From assembly GCF_009914755.1 (NCBI RefSeq), contig NC_060931.1: 64,000 nt of DNA; one strand, 5' to 3'. This document shows positions 38,806-53,520 of the stretch, one piece after another. The translations under genes and the position numbers were made by a program. The notes under the pieces are model-generated. The model was not told where the DNA came from. It saw only the letters and a list, made by a program, of their open reading frames with translations, and made no database searches. Numbering within the stretch: position 1 is the first letter of the stretch; every line of letters starts with the position of its first letter. Source of the DNA: the human T2T-CHM13v2.0 reference genome, Homo sapiens.

Positions 38806-41282
38806 TTAAGTGATTTAAAAAAGAATAGTTAATAGTTGCCGGGGGGGGGGAACCAAATAACAAAGCTTAGCATCTTGAATTACCATCTTTTTTTTTAACA
38901 GAAAATTGTATTTCTTTTCAGTATCTTCTGATTCTCTTTCCCCCACCGAGTGCCTGTTTAGCAATGAGAAAGCATAATTTGGGGGAAGATACCTGTATAA
39001 ATGAATTTAGACTTAACAGTGAGTTATTCTTAGGGAAGTACAAAGATTCCTTGTTTAGTCAGTCAATGATCCAAAAGTAAGACTCTAAAAACTTGAGTAC
39101 TAATCCGATAAACAAATGCCAAGAAACAAACTGATAAATACACAAGGCCATGTTGTCTACGTCTTCTGCTAACAATGCGTGTACATGCTTTATCCCAAGT
39201 GCCTCATGAAGTTTTATCTAACTACAAGTTCTGAATAAGCACTTCAGTTTTAACTCCAGTTATTACAGAGGATAAGATAAATTAGTTTCCTCATCTATGA
39301 GACATATAAACTTTTTTAGATAGCCTTGATTACAATCTGTTTGGATTCTAAGGTCCTCTCTTCTCAATGGATATTTATTCTTTATCAAGGTGCAGATACT
39401 CAATAAAAGGTCATATATGGGTATGTAGCTCAAATACCCTCCACTTTTCCATTTCTTGTGTCCACAGAGTTGAATATAGATTGAGCCAGAACTAGGTGTG
39501 TTTTGGTGAAGTTGACTGCTTTTTTTCTTGTTCTTTTTTACTAATGACTTTTTACTAATGACTCTATACCTATCTTAAAATGTCCATGGCTCTCCTAAGT
39601 GTCTAATTTTTTCCACATTATCAAAATCTATAAAGAACCTAATCATATTTACTTAAATGCTTCACTAATTACCTGACTATGGTCTTTAAATGTAAGTGTA
39701 TTTCACCTAATGTTATGGTTGTAATATTTCTGTAACTATTCAGAACGTAGTAGCTCTGTTTAGCAGTTGTATCTTTTATTACTTATCTGTAATCAGGGAC
39801 TCAATGCCTTGTCTTCTCATAATGGCATTTCAGGCCACAGCAAACATGTATGGAGAAAAGGAGTGTCTAGAAGTCACCTACCCACCAGGTACCACTTCAT
39901 GAAGGGTCAACCTTAAACTTGAAGGGCTTCAGTTCTTTTAGATTAGGGTGAACACAGGGGAATACTATGCAGCATTAATTCTTCGAAGTATTGTCTTATC
40001 CAGCTACCATCAGATTAACCTCTTTCATCTGCTTCTGTGCCGTGTTTCAAAAACTGGCCAAGTGCCTGGAACATAGTCTAAATAGCATTTTTAAAAACGA
40101 GTAAGGCTAAAAAGAATCCATGATTTTTTTAAAGTAAGTCAGATGATTTCTTCCACTATATTCGATGTTTCTTGAAATAGGAGTTCATAATTTTTTTTCT
40201 TTTTTGCCATTGCTATCTTCCCCATCACTGCCATTTCTTAGTTTTGAATCACATATTCCTGTGTTCTATAATATTTTAATTAACAAAACCTTGTTTTTCT
40301 GAAAACTGCTTCTGACAATGGACACTTGTTTAATATTTCCCTTTAATAGGAATTGTATTCAGGGAAGTCATGGTCTCCTTGTAACAGTGGGCCTTGGGCA
40401 AAAGTGCGGAGACCCAGCTGTTAACACCTGCTTGAATCTAATTGGTGAGAAACTCATTTAATCTCTGCTCAGAAAACCAGGACATGGGAGATGATAGGGT
40501 CCTTTAATTATTAAACTGGAAATAAACAGTAAGAATTAAAGGAGAGTAAACAATAGCTAATTTTGGTATTGGAAAATATTTGTTCGGATCTCAAATATGT
40601 TTCTCACTAATTTTGTAATCAAGTTAGTTTCCTAATCAGCCAAAAAAAAAAAAAGTGGGTGGGGAAGGGAGATAATAATTTTACCTACAACCTATGTAAT
40701 AAATGATTAGGTTGTGAATTAATAGTTTTGAATTTTATTGTTCATATCATTTCAACAATTCTAAATATTCAGTGAAAGTCTGGGTGTTTAGATGATATAT
40801 TTGAGCACAAAATATACAACACAAATTCTGTAGCTTTTTTGAAGGTGTTTCAGACTCCTGTTTGAAGAAAATGGAAGGAGGATGGGCAGACATCTTTGGA
40901 AGCAATGCAGGATTTTAGGTAAATAGTAAGTGTATTGTCCATTTAATTAAAAGCCAGTTTAGCAAAATAAGTGCCTGCATTTCACATTTCTATATCTGTT
41001 TGTATTCCTACTTTATAATAAATCCAGAGACAATTGAAAAAGTGGTAATGTTTTTAAAAGAAAATAAAGCATTATTATTTTGTGATGAGGATACCTCAGT
41101 CATTGCTTGCCTAAAAACTGTGCATTTTGTTATGATACATTGAGGTATGTTCTGCTCTTAACATTATGAATATGCCAATGCAGAATAAATAGTCCAGTGA
41201 TGCTTTTTTAGCAATTGACTACAATTTTAGTTAACTGACAGTTAACTATCTGAAACACACTTGAGAGTCAGAAAAAAACGTC

Positions 41283-42610
41283 TCAACAAAATACTACCAA
41301 ATCAAATTCAAAAACACATTAAAAGGTTCATTCACCATGATCAAGTGGGATTTATCTATGGGATGCAAAGATGATTCAACATAGGCAAATCCACAAATGT
41401 GTTATACCTGATTAACAGTATGAAGGACAAAAACTATATGATCACTTCAATAGATGCAGAAAAGGCATTTGACAAATTCAATGTCCTTTTATAATAAAAA
41501 CTCCCAACAAATTAGGTATGGAAGGAATGTACCTCAACAAAATAAAAGCCATATATGATAAGGCTATAAATACATCATACTCAATGGTGAAAAAATAAAA
41601 GTTTTTTTCCTAAGGTCAGGAACAAGATAAGGATGCTCACTCTCGCCACTTCTATTCAGCATACTAACAGAAGTTCTATCCAGAGAAATTAGACAAGAAA
41701 AAGAAATGAAGGGCATCCAAATTGGAAAGGGAGAAGTTAAACTGTCTCTGTTTCCAAATGACATGATTTTATATATTGAAAATCCAAAAGGTTCCAGCAA
41801 AAAAAACCTGATAAAACCAATAATTAAATACAGTAAACTTGCAGAATATAATATTAACATACAAAAATCAATAGCATTTCTGTATACTAACAATGACCTA
41901 TCTGAAAAATGATGAAGAAAATAATCCCATGTACAATAGCTACAAAAGGGAAAAAATGCAAAAACCTTAGGAATACATTTAACCAAGGAGGTGAAAGATC
42001 TCCAAACTGAAAACTATAAAATGTTGATGAAAAATATTGAAGAAGATGTAAGTAAATGGAGAGATATCCCCTGTTCCTAAATTGGAAGAATGAACATTGT
42101 TAAAGTTTACATAGTGCCCAAAGCTATCTTCAGATTCAATTCAATCTCTGTCAAATTCCCAATGACATTTTTCACAGAAATAGCAGAATCAACCCAAAAA
42201 TTTGTGTGGAACCACAAAAGACCCTGAATAGCCTAAGCAATCTTGATCAAAAAACACAAAGCTGGAGGTACCATACTTTCCAATGTTAACAGCTACTGTG
42301 AAACTGTAGCAATCATAAAAGCATGACAGTGGCATAAAAACAGACACATAGACCAATGGAACAGAATAGAGGACCCAGAAATAAATCCATACACCATGGT
42401 CAATTGATCTTTGACAACGATGGCGAGAACACTCCATGAGGAAAAGACAGTCTTTGATAATTGGTGCTGGGAAAACTAGATATCCAAATGCAGAGGAATG
42501 AAATTAGACCCTCGTCTTATACCATGTAAAAAAAATCAACTCAAAATGGAGCAAAGATTTATGTGTAAGACCTGAAATTGTAACATTAATAGAAGAAAAC
42601 ATAGAAAAGA
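41283..42610 (+). mobile_element. Older L1 (L1MA/L1PB-like) ORF2 fragment
   Basis: catgatcaagtgggatttatc...gatgcagaaaaggcatttgac; ORF 41706 [22 protein letters not shown] (degenerate FADDM); many stops. Confidence 0.9.
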
Positions 42611-44428
42611 TTTATGGCTATAGTTACTATTATAAACAATGTTGAAGTGAACATCCTTTTAAAAGTCTCCCTCTGCATGTGTGTTAAAGTTACCTTAGGC
42701 TGATGTTTTTAGTCAGTTGGGGCTTCTGTTTCTTCTTTAGTATGTAGCACTTGAAAACATGAAGGGAGGCAGGAAAATAAGGAAAGAATGCCTTCGACCT
42801 TCCTTACCTATTCCTCAAACTTCAGTCCACATCCCTGTTTCTCAATACACATGCACACACCCACACAACAAATCTCTCCTCCTCTCTTTACTGTTTAATA
42901 CTCTGTATATCACACCTCTTCGGTTCCAGTTAAAACTGGCAGAAAGGGTGGTTCTGTATACTGATATTCTTCAAGTTTAATCCAAACTTTAGGGGAAAAG
43001 CAGGTCAAAAGTCATGCAGTAGATATGTAAAATACCATTTTGAGGTGTTTTCAAGCAATACGTTGGGAATTACAATTTAAATAGAAAAGATGACTTTCTG
43101 CTCGAAACATTCTGCTTAAGTTATCAAGGACTGCGGAGGGCAATGTGGTCGTAAGGGTGAAAGCACAGCCTGGTCGTCCAGCAGAAAACATCATAATTCT
43201 GGCCTGGGCCATCAGAATTATCACAGGAATGCCACCCAACCTCTTGAAGATTATATTCTTGACTGAAAAGGGAACATTAATTTCATCCTGGCTGTGTTGT
43301 TGTTATTGATGATAGAATTATAATACCTGCCAGTGATGTTGAACGTTTTCCATGCACTAGGCACTATGCCTCAATGCTTCTCTGCACTATCTTATTTTGT
43401 TTTTATGATTAAATGAGATAATATATACATAGTACCTTTTTGTATTTTTTGTATTAATATCATTTTTTAAGATGTTCTCATCCCTCTGAAACCATTACAA
43501 AATTTTACAACCGTTTATATTTCTAATTTTAAAAGTAACAGAAAAATTAAGTAACTATGCTTAAGTCACAGAGATGAAGACTAACAAAACCACAACCAGA
43601 TCTCATGTCTCTAGACTTCCGCCTTCATTTATTTTCACTAGGTTTAATGGGTTATTAAAAATATCTCAAATAAATATGTACGCACTTTTTAATTACTATA
43701 GAAGCTTCTCTGAATTGTGAAAATATTTTTCGAAAAGAAAATTTTTCCAACAATGACTTTTTTGTGTAAATAAAATTTTCCAGGTCAGAAAAGTAAGCTT
43801 TATAATATAATAGCAGTTTACAGACCATGTTTCCTATTTCTCATGGAGCATTTTTCACAAGAACGAATCAAGGACTTACTCTTTGACTCAAAATTCCTGC
43901 AAACCAGTATGTCTCTTTGTTATATTCTCAAGCAAGTACATGGCTTCCTGCAAGGACAGAGGAAGGGAATATGCAAGACATTTATGATTGCATGTAATAG
44001 AGTTCACTCATATATATTTAACAGCTAACAAAAAAAGCAACATGGCTGATTAAGAAGGCAAACCTGTCAGGATATAAAAACACAAATTTGAGAATGATTT
44101 TATTTTTAAATTACAATCAAAAGATTTATTCAAGTGAATGAGTGCTCCATGTTCGCTCTTACTCTGCATTCACTTCCTTGCTCAATTGCCTATTTCCTCA
44201 TACCACATGATAACTCAGATACCAAATTGTAGAAGAATATTTTCCACCTGCACTGTTTAGTTACTGATGTCATGAAACAATCCTTAGGCTAGGATGACTG
44301 CTGCTTAACTTTGAAGAACACAGTTACTATAACTGTACCATAACAGGCCATTTCAACATTGCTTATGAAAAGAAAATATGTAAGCAGAGTTTGCCCCAGA
44401 GGAAGATGCCAACTGCAGCTAATGTGTA

Positions 44429-44618
44429 CTGTATTCCATTAATACTAAGATATACTTTTTCATATTTTGACATATGTGAAATTGGAATGTCTCTCACACT
44501 TGATGGTGTTTCATCATGAGATTGAGGCTGTTTTTTTAATTTTCATAGTGGTATATAAAATAATGGTTACATTTATTTTGTGCCACAATTGATGGCATCT
44601 TAGATTCAATGGAAAATA
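44429..44618. mobile_element. MER104-like TcMar DNA transposon fossil
   Basis: ctgtattccattaatactaagat...tagtggtatataaaataatggt...acaattgatggcatcttagattcaatg with degenerate inverted ends. Confidence 0.65.
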
Positions 44619-45177
44619 ATATTTTACTCTTTGAGATGTTTGTAAAATCCCAGCCAATGGCCTTCCTAATCTAATAGCTTAGATTTCTATTTTATATTTT
44701 CTTTACAGACTTCCAGTGACTGAATAGAATCCCAAAGAAGCAAAAATTAAAATAACAAAATGAACAAAAAATATTGCCAGGGACAAATTTTAAATAATAG
44801 TTGATTCTCTTACTGTGAGTTTGCTTTGAGCTCAGACAAAAAATGGTTCTTCCTTGGCCTGACATCTCCATAACCGTAGATTTTGACCCTTTATTATGAT
44901 GATTGCTATAAGTAAAATAATTGGCTTATGATTCATCTTACAAATCAAATCAATATGGAAAAGAATCAGTTGGTCAAATCCTTTGTTAAGTAATGTCATG
45001 GCCTGGTGCCAGCAGTGTTAAGTGTATGGAATAGCATGTGACCAAGAATCAGCTATTAATACGTGTGTGGCTGATGAAGTAATCAAGGAAATCTTGGGGA
45101 ATGGACGTGCAGCTTCCCTCTATAGGAAGTTCTCCTCACACTACTGTCATGGGCTGGAGAGTCACTATGGACTACTA

Positions 45178-45357
45178 CAGAGGTTTCCAAATTAACAAGC
45201 ATCAGTATCACCTGGAGGCCCTGTTAGGCATGCTGGGTTCCGCTTCCAGAATTTCTGACTTAGTAGGTCTGGAGAGGGTACTGCAATTGGCATTTCCAAC
45301 AAGCTCTCAGGTGATGCTGATACTCCTGATCTAGGGACCAGGCTTTGAGAACCACTG
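45178..45357. mobile_element. MER5A hAT-Charlie fossil
   Basis: gcatcagtatcacctgga...ttctgacttagtaggtctgg...caggtgatgctgat...ctttgagaaccactg. Confidence 0.85.
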
Positions 45358-46135
45358 GGCTAGTGATTGAAAAAAAGGAAACAGGATTTGGAATTGGTTG
45401 ATCTGCAGTTTGGGTCTAATTGGCTACCAACTAACTTCTTTTTTTGTGTCTTGATGTTCTTTTTATTCCTAACAGAAATAGTACAAATCACGTGTGCTTT
45501 GGCTAAATATAGGGCCATTATGAGAATCAAATGAGGTAATGGACCTAAATAAAATGCTTTGCAAAATGTGACACTCTACATATAATAACGTATAAATGAT
45601 ATCATCCCCACGAAATCTACTATTGTTTTCACACATATAAGCTGGGGTCAGAATTCATATGTCAAAATACATTTGCAATCTTATGTGAAAATTAATACTA
45701 AGCTATTTAGTTATTTTTAAATGTTTAACATAATTATTTTATATTTCTAAAAACATTTGAAATATTTAGTTATTTTTGTTGGTTTTTATAGGAAGTGGCT
45801 AGGATTCCACATATATTTTCTTCCTCTACCTAATCCCTTTCCAACTGAACCTCTAGACTTGTCCCATGCAACGCCAAGATTTGTGGCCACAGAGAAGTCA
45901 TCAGGAGTTGCAGTGGTTCTCATGCCAACAGCTCTTAGAATTCCTCAGAATGATAGAAATTTAGCCACCTTTACCCAATATTTCTCCCACGTAGTTTCAG
46001 ACCAAGAGTAACTTTTATGAACTCCCTCATTTATCTTATCCCAAGTCACCTAACTGTTACTTGGTAAAGCGCCATAAATTCTTCCTGATCTGTCAGTATT
46101 AATAGAAAGAGCTCTATAGAAATGAGCTTTCACTG

Positions 46136-46557
<422 letters not shown>

Positions 46558-47696
46558 TTAGAAGTGTCTATATCCTATCGACCTCCCACCTTAACACTAT
46601 CCCCAGATCTTATTATCAGCTTCTTCCATGAGAAATTGTGTGGATCTAGCCAGATTAAAACTATTATTTCTCTCCTCCTATCATCTCTTTACATGTTTAA
46701 TGTAACTTTTTAGTCTAAATGAGCCACCTGTGTAAAATACATATTTATTTTAATGATAGAAGTGAAAAAGAAATGCCTAGGGTTATAAATATGAATTTTG
46801 TAAATACTGGCTTTGATTGCTGCATGCTTGTGTAATGTTCAACCCTTTTTCAGGAACGACTTTGTCTAGTCATATATAACAATAGAGTCTATAGATAAGG
46901 TCTTTATTCCATGCTGTTTTCCTCTTTTCTCTGCCTTGGTGAAATTTGTCTATAAGCTACAGAAATTACCTATTTCAGAAATTATTTTACCAAACAATTG
47001 ACTATCTGTGGCGTATCATTCCTCTGCTTTATATTCTTTTCCTGCAACTACAATAATGTACACCTCTTACCACACGTGATGTCTATGTACTCTCTACCCT
47101 ACTCTATGCTCCTCTGCCAACCCTTTTTTCACTATTCTGCAGCCTGGAAAATCTTTCTGTCTCTCTAACAGACCAGGCTCACATCAGGGTCTTTGCATGA
47201 AAAGATCCTATTCAAAGGATCTCTTCTTTAGTGATAACCTGGTTATCTTCTCAGCTCAGATATCACCTTCTCAGGTCAATTTTCCTGACCAGTGTACCCA
47301 TCCTCCATCATGCTCTATCACTTCTTTGACGTTACTGTGTGTTGTTAACTACTATGTGTCCCCAGGGGCTAAAATATCACCTCAGCTATTGTCTAGGCTC
47401 CAGAAATATTTATTGACTTTCATGTATGGAGTGACTTAAAAAAAAAATGATCTATTTAAAAATATATTTAAAGTCAATCTCTTTATTTTTTCTTTTACTT
47501 GAAAAGTTTGCTGCATGGGTGTTTATTCAAGATATTTTCATAATAAGCATCCATGTTGTATTGTGCTTGTTGCTATAAAAAAAAGAAAAGGAAACAATGA
47601 TCAGCCTGCCAGACCAGTACTTGGCAGTGGTTCAAAAAGCAGGCTCCACAGTATATACACCTTTATAGGACCAACACATGGGTCTGCCACTTTTCT

Positions 47697-47996
47697 TCTT
47701 TGTTTTGTCGTTGAGATAGTGTCTTGCTCTGTCACCCAGGCTGAAGTGCAGTGGTGCAATTATGGTTCATTGCAGCCTTTAGCTCCTGGGCTCAAGTGAT
47801 CCTCCCACCTCAGCCTTCTACATAGCTAGCACTACCGGCCTGTGATACCATGCCCAACTCATTTTCCTGTAAAAAATTTTTTGTAGAGGTAGGATCTTGT
47901 TATGTTGCCCAGGCTGGTCTTGAACTCCTATGCTCAAGTGAGCCTCTTAGCCTTCCAAAGTGTTGGGATTACAGGCGTGAGCCACCGCCACTGGCC
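47697..47996 (-). mobile_element. AluJ inserted into a MIR (~47620-48185, +)
   Basis: gctcctgggctcaagtgatcctccc; TSD ctgccacttttct (47684-47696, 47998-48010); MIR continues gtgaccttgggcaacttact...agcaagcactcaacaaatgttagc. Confidence 0.92.
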
Positions 47997-50289
47997 ACTG
48001 CCACTTTTCTAATTGCGTGACCTTGGGCAACTTACTTTCCCTTTTAGTGGGCCTTAATTTCCTCATATGCAAATAGGACTATATCTCATAGATTTATGAA
48101 GAGTAAATACAGAAACTCATTTAAACATCTCAGCCTAAAGCCTGACATTTAGCAAGCACTCAACAAATGTTAGCCAATATTAGATAGTCTTATCATGTCC
48201 ATGTGCCTCAAAAGAGCTCTGGATTATAACATCTTTAATGCCTGCATAGCAACTCTTAATGCATGACAGTTGAACAGTTCTAGATCTGTGTTTTGATAAC
48301 AGCATATAACTATCTGACTTTTAAATGCTTCAAACCACCTAACAGATGAAAACTGCTGTAATGAGCAACCACCAAAAGTCTACAATACATGAGTCATAGA
48401 GTTTTGGAGATTTGTTTTGGAGAGTTTTGGAGATCTGCCCATAGGATGACTCTCCCAGACATCTATGTAACAAGGAGTCAGTTTTGATAGCCAAGCACAC
48501 GTAGATAGTACAGGTTTAATAATATTTGGGACATTTAGCAAACTTCTTCATTTAGTAAGCATTTCCATAAACATTTCAAAGATTTTTATATGTGGGAAAG
48601 AAGAGTTTATGCTGCTCAAGATAAATACAAAGAATGAAACAGAGGGAACGTTTCTGTTGATGATTGGAATTATACCACATCCATTGTGGTCGATTACCTT
48701 TTGAAAAGCAGATTTTTTAAACTAAAAAGGAAATTCACTACAGTGTAACATAGAAGTATTAATATTTACTTTGGGGCTATAACATAGAAACTTATCTTTG
48801 ATGGCACCGTAATATAAACTTTAAGCGAAAGTAGAAAATAGATGAAAGGATAGGTGGAGCTAGTGATGAAAAGACAAAGGTAAGCCCAGAGAGACCAGGC
48901 AATTAGACCAAGGTAGTGTACTCAGGATTTAATTTATTTAGCTGACCTGTACTGACCTCCAGCAGTCTAGGATATTTTGGCGAGTCTGTCTGATCTGGGT
49001 TTCATAGCACGTATTTGTGCGCTATATAAAATCCAGCTGTCTCATTTAGAATTGCTTATCTCAGATTCAGAATGAGCTGCCAGCTCTGTTCATTTGTTTG
49101 CACTTTTCTGGATCTACTATAAACAGTTTTCTCAGATGTTGTTACTCTTTAGTCAAAGATTTCTCCCCACAGCACTTTCCTTATGCACAATATTTCCTTC
49201 CTGCCTTAGGGTAATCATGTAAATAAAGTGAGTCCCTAAAACCACTTTGTCGCCCAAGTAGCCAGCAGAGGGAATCATTTATGAAATGTAGTTAATTTCA
49301 GTAACTGACAAGCACATGAAGTGCCTAAAGAAAACAGGAGTGTCAGGCTACTTGGGATGGTTCCAGGAAGGTCCTCTACTTTAAGAGCTGCATTTTACTA
49401 AGGATCCTGATGGTTATTAGAACTTTTCCTGTTGTTTTACTCAGTAGTCTCCAGGGGACTATTTGGCACTTGGGTGCAAAATGAGATCAGCAATTAGGAA
49501 GAACCACTGCAGGCACTTGAACAGTAAATCATTGAGTACCAGGCTTAAGAGCTAGTAAGTACCAGGCCAAAGTAATAGCCTAAGGATGGTGGTAAGTCTG
49601 GCTTCTTAGTCTTTCCAGGGTGCTTGGGGCCCTAGCTCCTTGTGTGACTGACTTGAGGTGGTGTTCAGATATTTAGCAGTGGGAAAGTTGTAATCAACTT
49701 TCAATCCCAATAGATCACCAAAGGTTTGGAAGTTTCATCAACTTGGAACCTGAAAAGTCTACACTATTCACATCTATTTAAGGGCAGCCCTAGAACCACC
49801 TTCCACATAGGACACATAGGACAGAGATACTAGTGTCAAACAGCCTGGCAGGTCTTTGTATGAATGGATTCATTCCCTCTGGGGGTGATCTATTTGATTA
49901 GATCCAGCTTATCTATTTGATGACACCCATGTAGGTAAAAAATAAAAATAAAAAATAAATCTTGGAGAGTAAAATAAGTAATTTTTTACTTGCAACCAAA
50001 GGCACAATTACCACTTATTTCCAAGCTCTGATTACTTCATTTACTCCCATGTAACAATCAAGAAAAGAATGAAAAAGAATGAGGGGAAATAGTGAGCTTT
50101 CAAGGAGTTTATTGGAAGAAACACAAACTAGGAAATAGGAGACCTGCGTTCTACAGACACCAAGTATCTATTTGAAGAATTGATGTCTTCAGTCGTCATC
50201 TGGAAAATGAAGTATTTGGACCAACTCATACAATGGTTTAAAATTCTCTATCTAGAATATCAAGAGCTACGAACATTTAAAACGTGTTT

Positions 50290-50480
50290 ATAATCAATAG
50301 TAAGCACATTGCATTTACTACTTAATCTTTATAACAATGCTATAAGATAAACAATATCAACATGATCCTCATTTTATAGATGAAGAAACTAAAGCATAAA
50401 AAAGATAAGAAAGGGTCAAATTTATGAAAGAGCTAGAGATGGAATTCACAGGTGGTCTGGCATCAGAGCTAGTGGAATAT
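50290..50480 (-). mobile_element. MIR SINE
   Basis: ttaatctttataacaatgctataagata...atcctcattttatagatgaagaaactaa. Confidence 0.7.
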
Positions 50481-51242
50481 ACTTTCTGTCTACATTTATA
50501 TCAGAAATTGACCTTCAAAACAAAGAGAGGCAGTCTCTCTCCCTCTCTGTCCTTACCGCTATTCTTTCTTCTCTCCTGGAAGGTCATATTGTTTATGGAG
50601 AGCATAACTCTTCCACTGTAAGGTCTTGAGCCCTGCCCTGCAAAGACGGAAAGAGGTAAATTTGGTTCCTCGTGTATCTATTCTCTTATGATGCTTTATT
50701 AAAGGATAATTTTTAAGAAGCAATACAAAGTGGGAAAAGGAGAATTATTGCCCAGAAATAAATTCTGAAGGCTCAGGAAGGTATATTTGTTTTTGTCCCA
50801 GACATAAAATGCAATTAAATCTACCCCATGTAAGACTGATGAAACTTCTTTCTTGATAGAGAGATGTGATTTATATTCTAGCAATAATTAATACTGAGTT
50901 TAAGGAACTTAAGTTTATGTCAGATCATTTTTTTTTCCTCCCAGGTTGTTACTTGTTGCTTCTCATATTTGGCCTTCCTTCTGCAGCTGTGTTGAGAGCT
51001 TATACAGTGTTTCAAGTAGGTAATAGGCCGAAAAAAAAAAAAAAAAAAAAAAGAAAAGAAAAGAACCCTAAGTGCTTTTGTCATTACAGCAGTGAGAAGA
51101 ACAGACATGCAAACACCTTCATATCTAGAGCTCTCTCACTGTACCCCTAACGTTCTTTTCATATTGATGGTGACAGTAGTGTCAAAAAGCAGAGAGAAAG
51201 CTGTAAACCGTAAGCTACAGGGAGATCTGCAAAACCAAGTTA

Positions 51243-51443
51243 CTCAGGGTCACAACCTGTAGTTGTGTAGTTTGTGCTTTACACAAGGGGCAGCAGCGTG
51301 AAGGAACATAACATAACCTTCGCTCTCCTTATCAACCAAATACCATGGCCTGGGGCAATATTCAACCAGAGAAATAAAACCAGAAAGAAAAGAAAGTGAC
51401 TAATTCAATTCACAGGTATACATCAGGCATCTAGTGCTGGAGC
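51243..51443. mobile_element. MER91-like hAT fossil
   Basis: cagggt...agttgtgtagtttgtgctttacacaagggg resembles the MER91 5' end. Confidence 0.5.
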
Positions 51444-51497
51444 TACATCAGTCTGAAGAAGTCAAAACTCCCTGTTTGCATGTGACTTATATTTAAA

Positions 51498-51667
51498 CTG
51501 TGCTGTCTAAAATGGTACTCCCTGGCCATATGGTTATTTAAATTTAACTTAATGAAACTATGTATTTCAACTGCCCAATAGCCATTCACAGCTAGCAGCT
51601 TCCACAATGGACATTGCAGATATAGAACATTTGCATCGTCACTGAAAGTTCTTTTGGGGAGCATTGT
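51498..51667 (-). mobile_element. MER3 hAT-Charlie fossil
   Basis: ctgtgctgtctaaaatggta...gcagatatagaacattt.catcgtcactgaaagttct. Confidence 0.8.
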
Positions 51668-51769
51668 CTAGTGGTTAAAGCCTAAGCAAAATAAGTAAGC
51701 AAACATAGAGTACATTAGGAGTTCATGAATAAAATGAACGCAGGGAAAGGGTCAGATTTTGCTGGGACA

Positions 51770-53520
51770 AGGGAGGTTTGTGATTTTTAAAAGGGTGATC
51801 AGAAATGGCCTCACTTATAAATGATGTTTGCCTGAAGAGCTGAAGGTGATAAAGGAGCAAGCTGTGAAACTATCATAGGGAGGAACATTGTAGGCATGGG
51901 GAACAGAAAGGGCAATAGCCCTGAGGCAGGACCAAGCCCACAGTGCCAAAGGAAGAAGAAGGCAAGTATGAGATGTTCAAGAGAAAAGGGTGATAGAAGT
52001 GGGGAAAAGTAGTCATAGTTTGATTTATTTTAAAGGTGAGTGAACTGGATTTGCTGGCAGGCTGGATTGGGTATGAGAGAAGATCAGAAGGTGGGAATGG
52101 AGTAAAGGATGACTTCAGGGTTTTGGGTCTGGGCACCAGAGAGGAATGAGTGGCTCTGAACTGAAATGGGGAAAGATGTGGAAAAAGGTTTAAGCTGAGA
52201 GTTAAATTTAGTTGTTATCAGCATATAGACGCTATTTAAAGCCGTAAGCCCAGATGAGATCACCTAGGGAACAAGTGTAGGTAGAAAAGAGATGCAAAGA
52301 CTGTTGCTTGGGACACTCTAACATTATGACATTGGAGCCATGAGGGGGAGCCATATGAAGCCTGATTGATTTTCACTGGCAGAGTGTGCTGTCCTGTAGC
52401 CCAATGGAGGCAAGCCGTTCAAAGAGGAGCACAAGCCATTAGCTCTATCAAATGTCCTTAAAGGGTCAAGTAAGATAAAAACTGACCACTAGATTCAGTA
52501 ACATGCAGGCCACTTCTGACCTAGACAAGATAAGGAGTTTGATGAGTTAAAAGCCTGATTAGAGGAGAAATTGGAGGAGAGAAATTGTAGACTGCACATA
52601 TAGACTGCTGCTCTTGAGGAATTTTATTCTAACGGGGAAGAGATCAATGGAGCAGTAGGTAGAGGGAGGAAAGGGTCTGATGAGTACTTGAAAAAATAAT
52701 CTTAATAAAATGACAGCATATTTATGTGATGCTGGTCATCTTCTAGTAGAGAGGGAAAATTGATGCTGCTGTAAAAAGAAGAGAGAATTGCTATACAAAT
52801 GTTCTTGAATTTGTGAAAGAATTGAGTTCTAGGACACAGGTAGAAGGCTTGGGCTTAGATACAGGAGAATTTATCCACAGGAGCAGTTGAAAAAGCAGAG
52901 TATGTGGGTCCAGATGCTGGCAGGTGATGGGTGTAATGGTGGGAGATATATGAAGTGTGCTTCTGACTTTTTTCTCAGTGAAACAGGAACAAAGGTAATC
53001 ACTGAGAATTAGAATGGGCAAGAACATTTTGGAGGCTTGAAAACATGAGAGAAGGTATGGCATAATTATCTACAGGAGTGAAAAAGGGGATCTACTAGCG
53101 GAAAATAGCTTAGAACAACTTATGAGCCCATGTAAATTTCACATATAACTTTAAAGTGAGACCAGTCAGAATAACTATGTCAAATAACAATACCATTTCA
53201 CCAGCCATATTCGATAGGGCTCAGGCCCCGCTAGGCAGAGAGCTGGATGTAACCAGGATTGAGTTAGAGTAAAAGAGACAAGTGATTATCTGATGTACTA
53301 AGGATTTTAAACTGGTTTAAAAGGAAAGTGAGACAATGTAGATTATAAGAGAAATGAAAAATTGGTAGGATCAATGGATTGTAGATCCTAGAAATACTGC
53401 AGTGTGGCAGTAAAGAGAGTAAATTGAAAAGCTAGAAGGTGATAATAAGAGAGGAGGATGCTTGGAATTGATAGTATGAAAGAGTTCTGATTTTTGTTAA
53501 TCAAAAGGACGAGAGCATGA
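51770..53520 (-). mobile_element. L2 fragment (long)
   Basis: Purine-rich antisense L2 motifs: ggtgatcagaaatggcctcact, ggagtaaaggatgacttcagggttttggg, atcagcatataga..gctatttaaagcc. Confidence 0.75.

Noticed and set aside
38841-38850. G10 homopolymer as a G-quadruplex
   Set aside because: A single short run, insufficient for a canonical four-tract G4.
49262-49275. CTCF-like CCAGCAGAGGGAAT (also ~31845)
   Set aside because: Lacks the key GGC core positions; not supportable without ChIP data.
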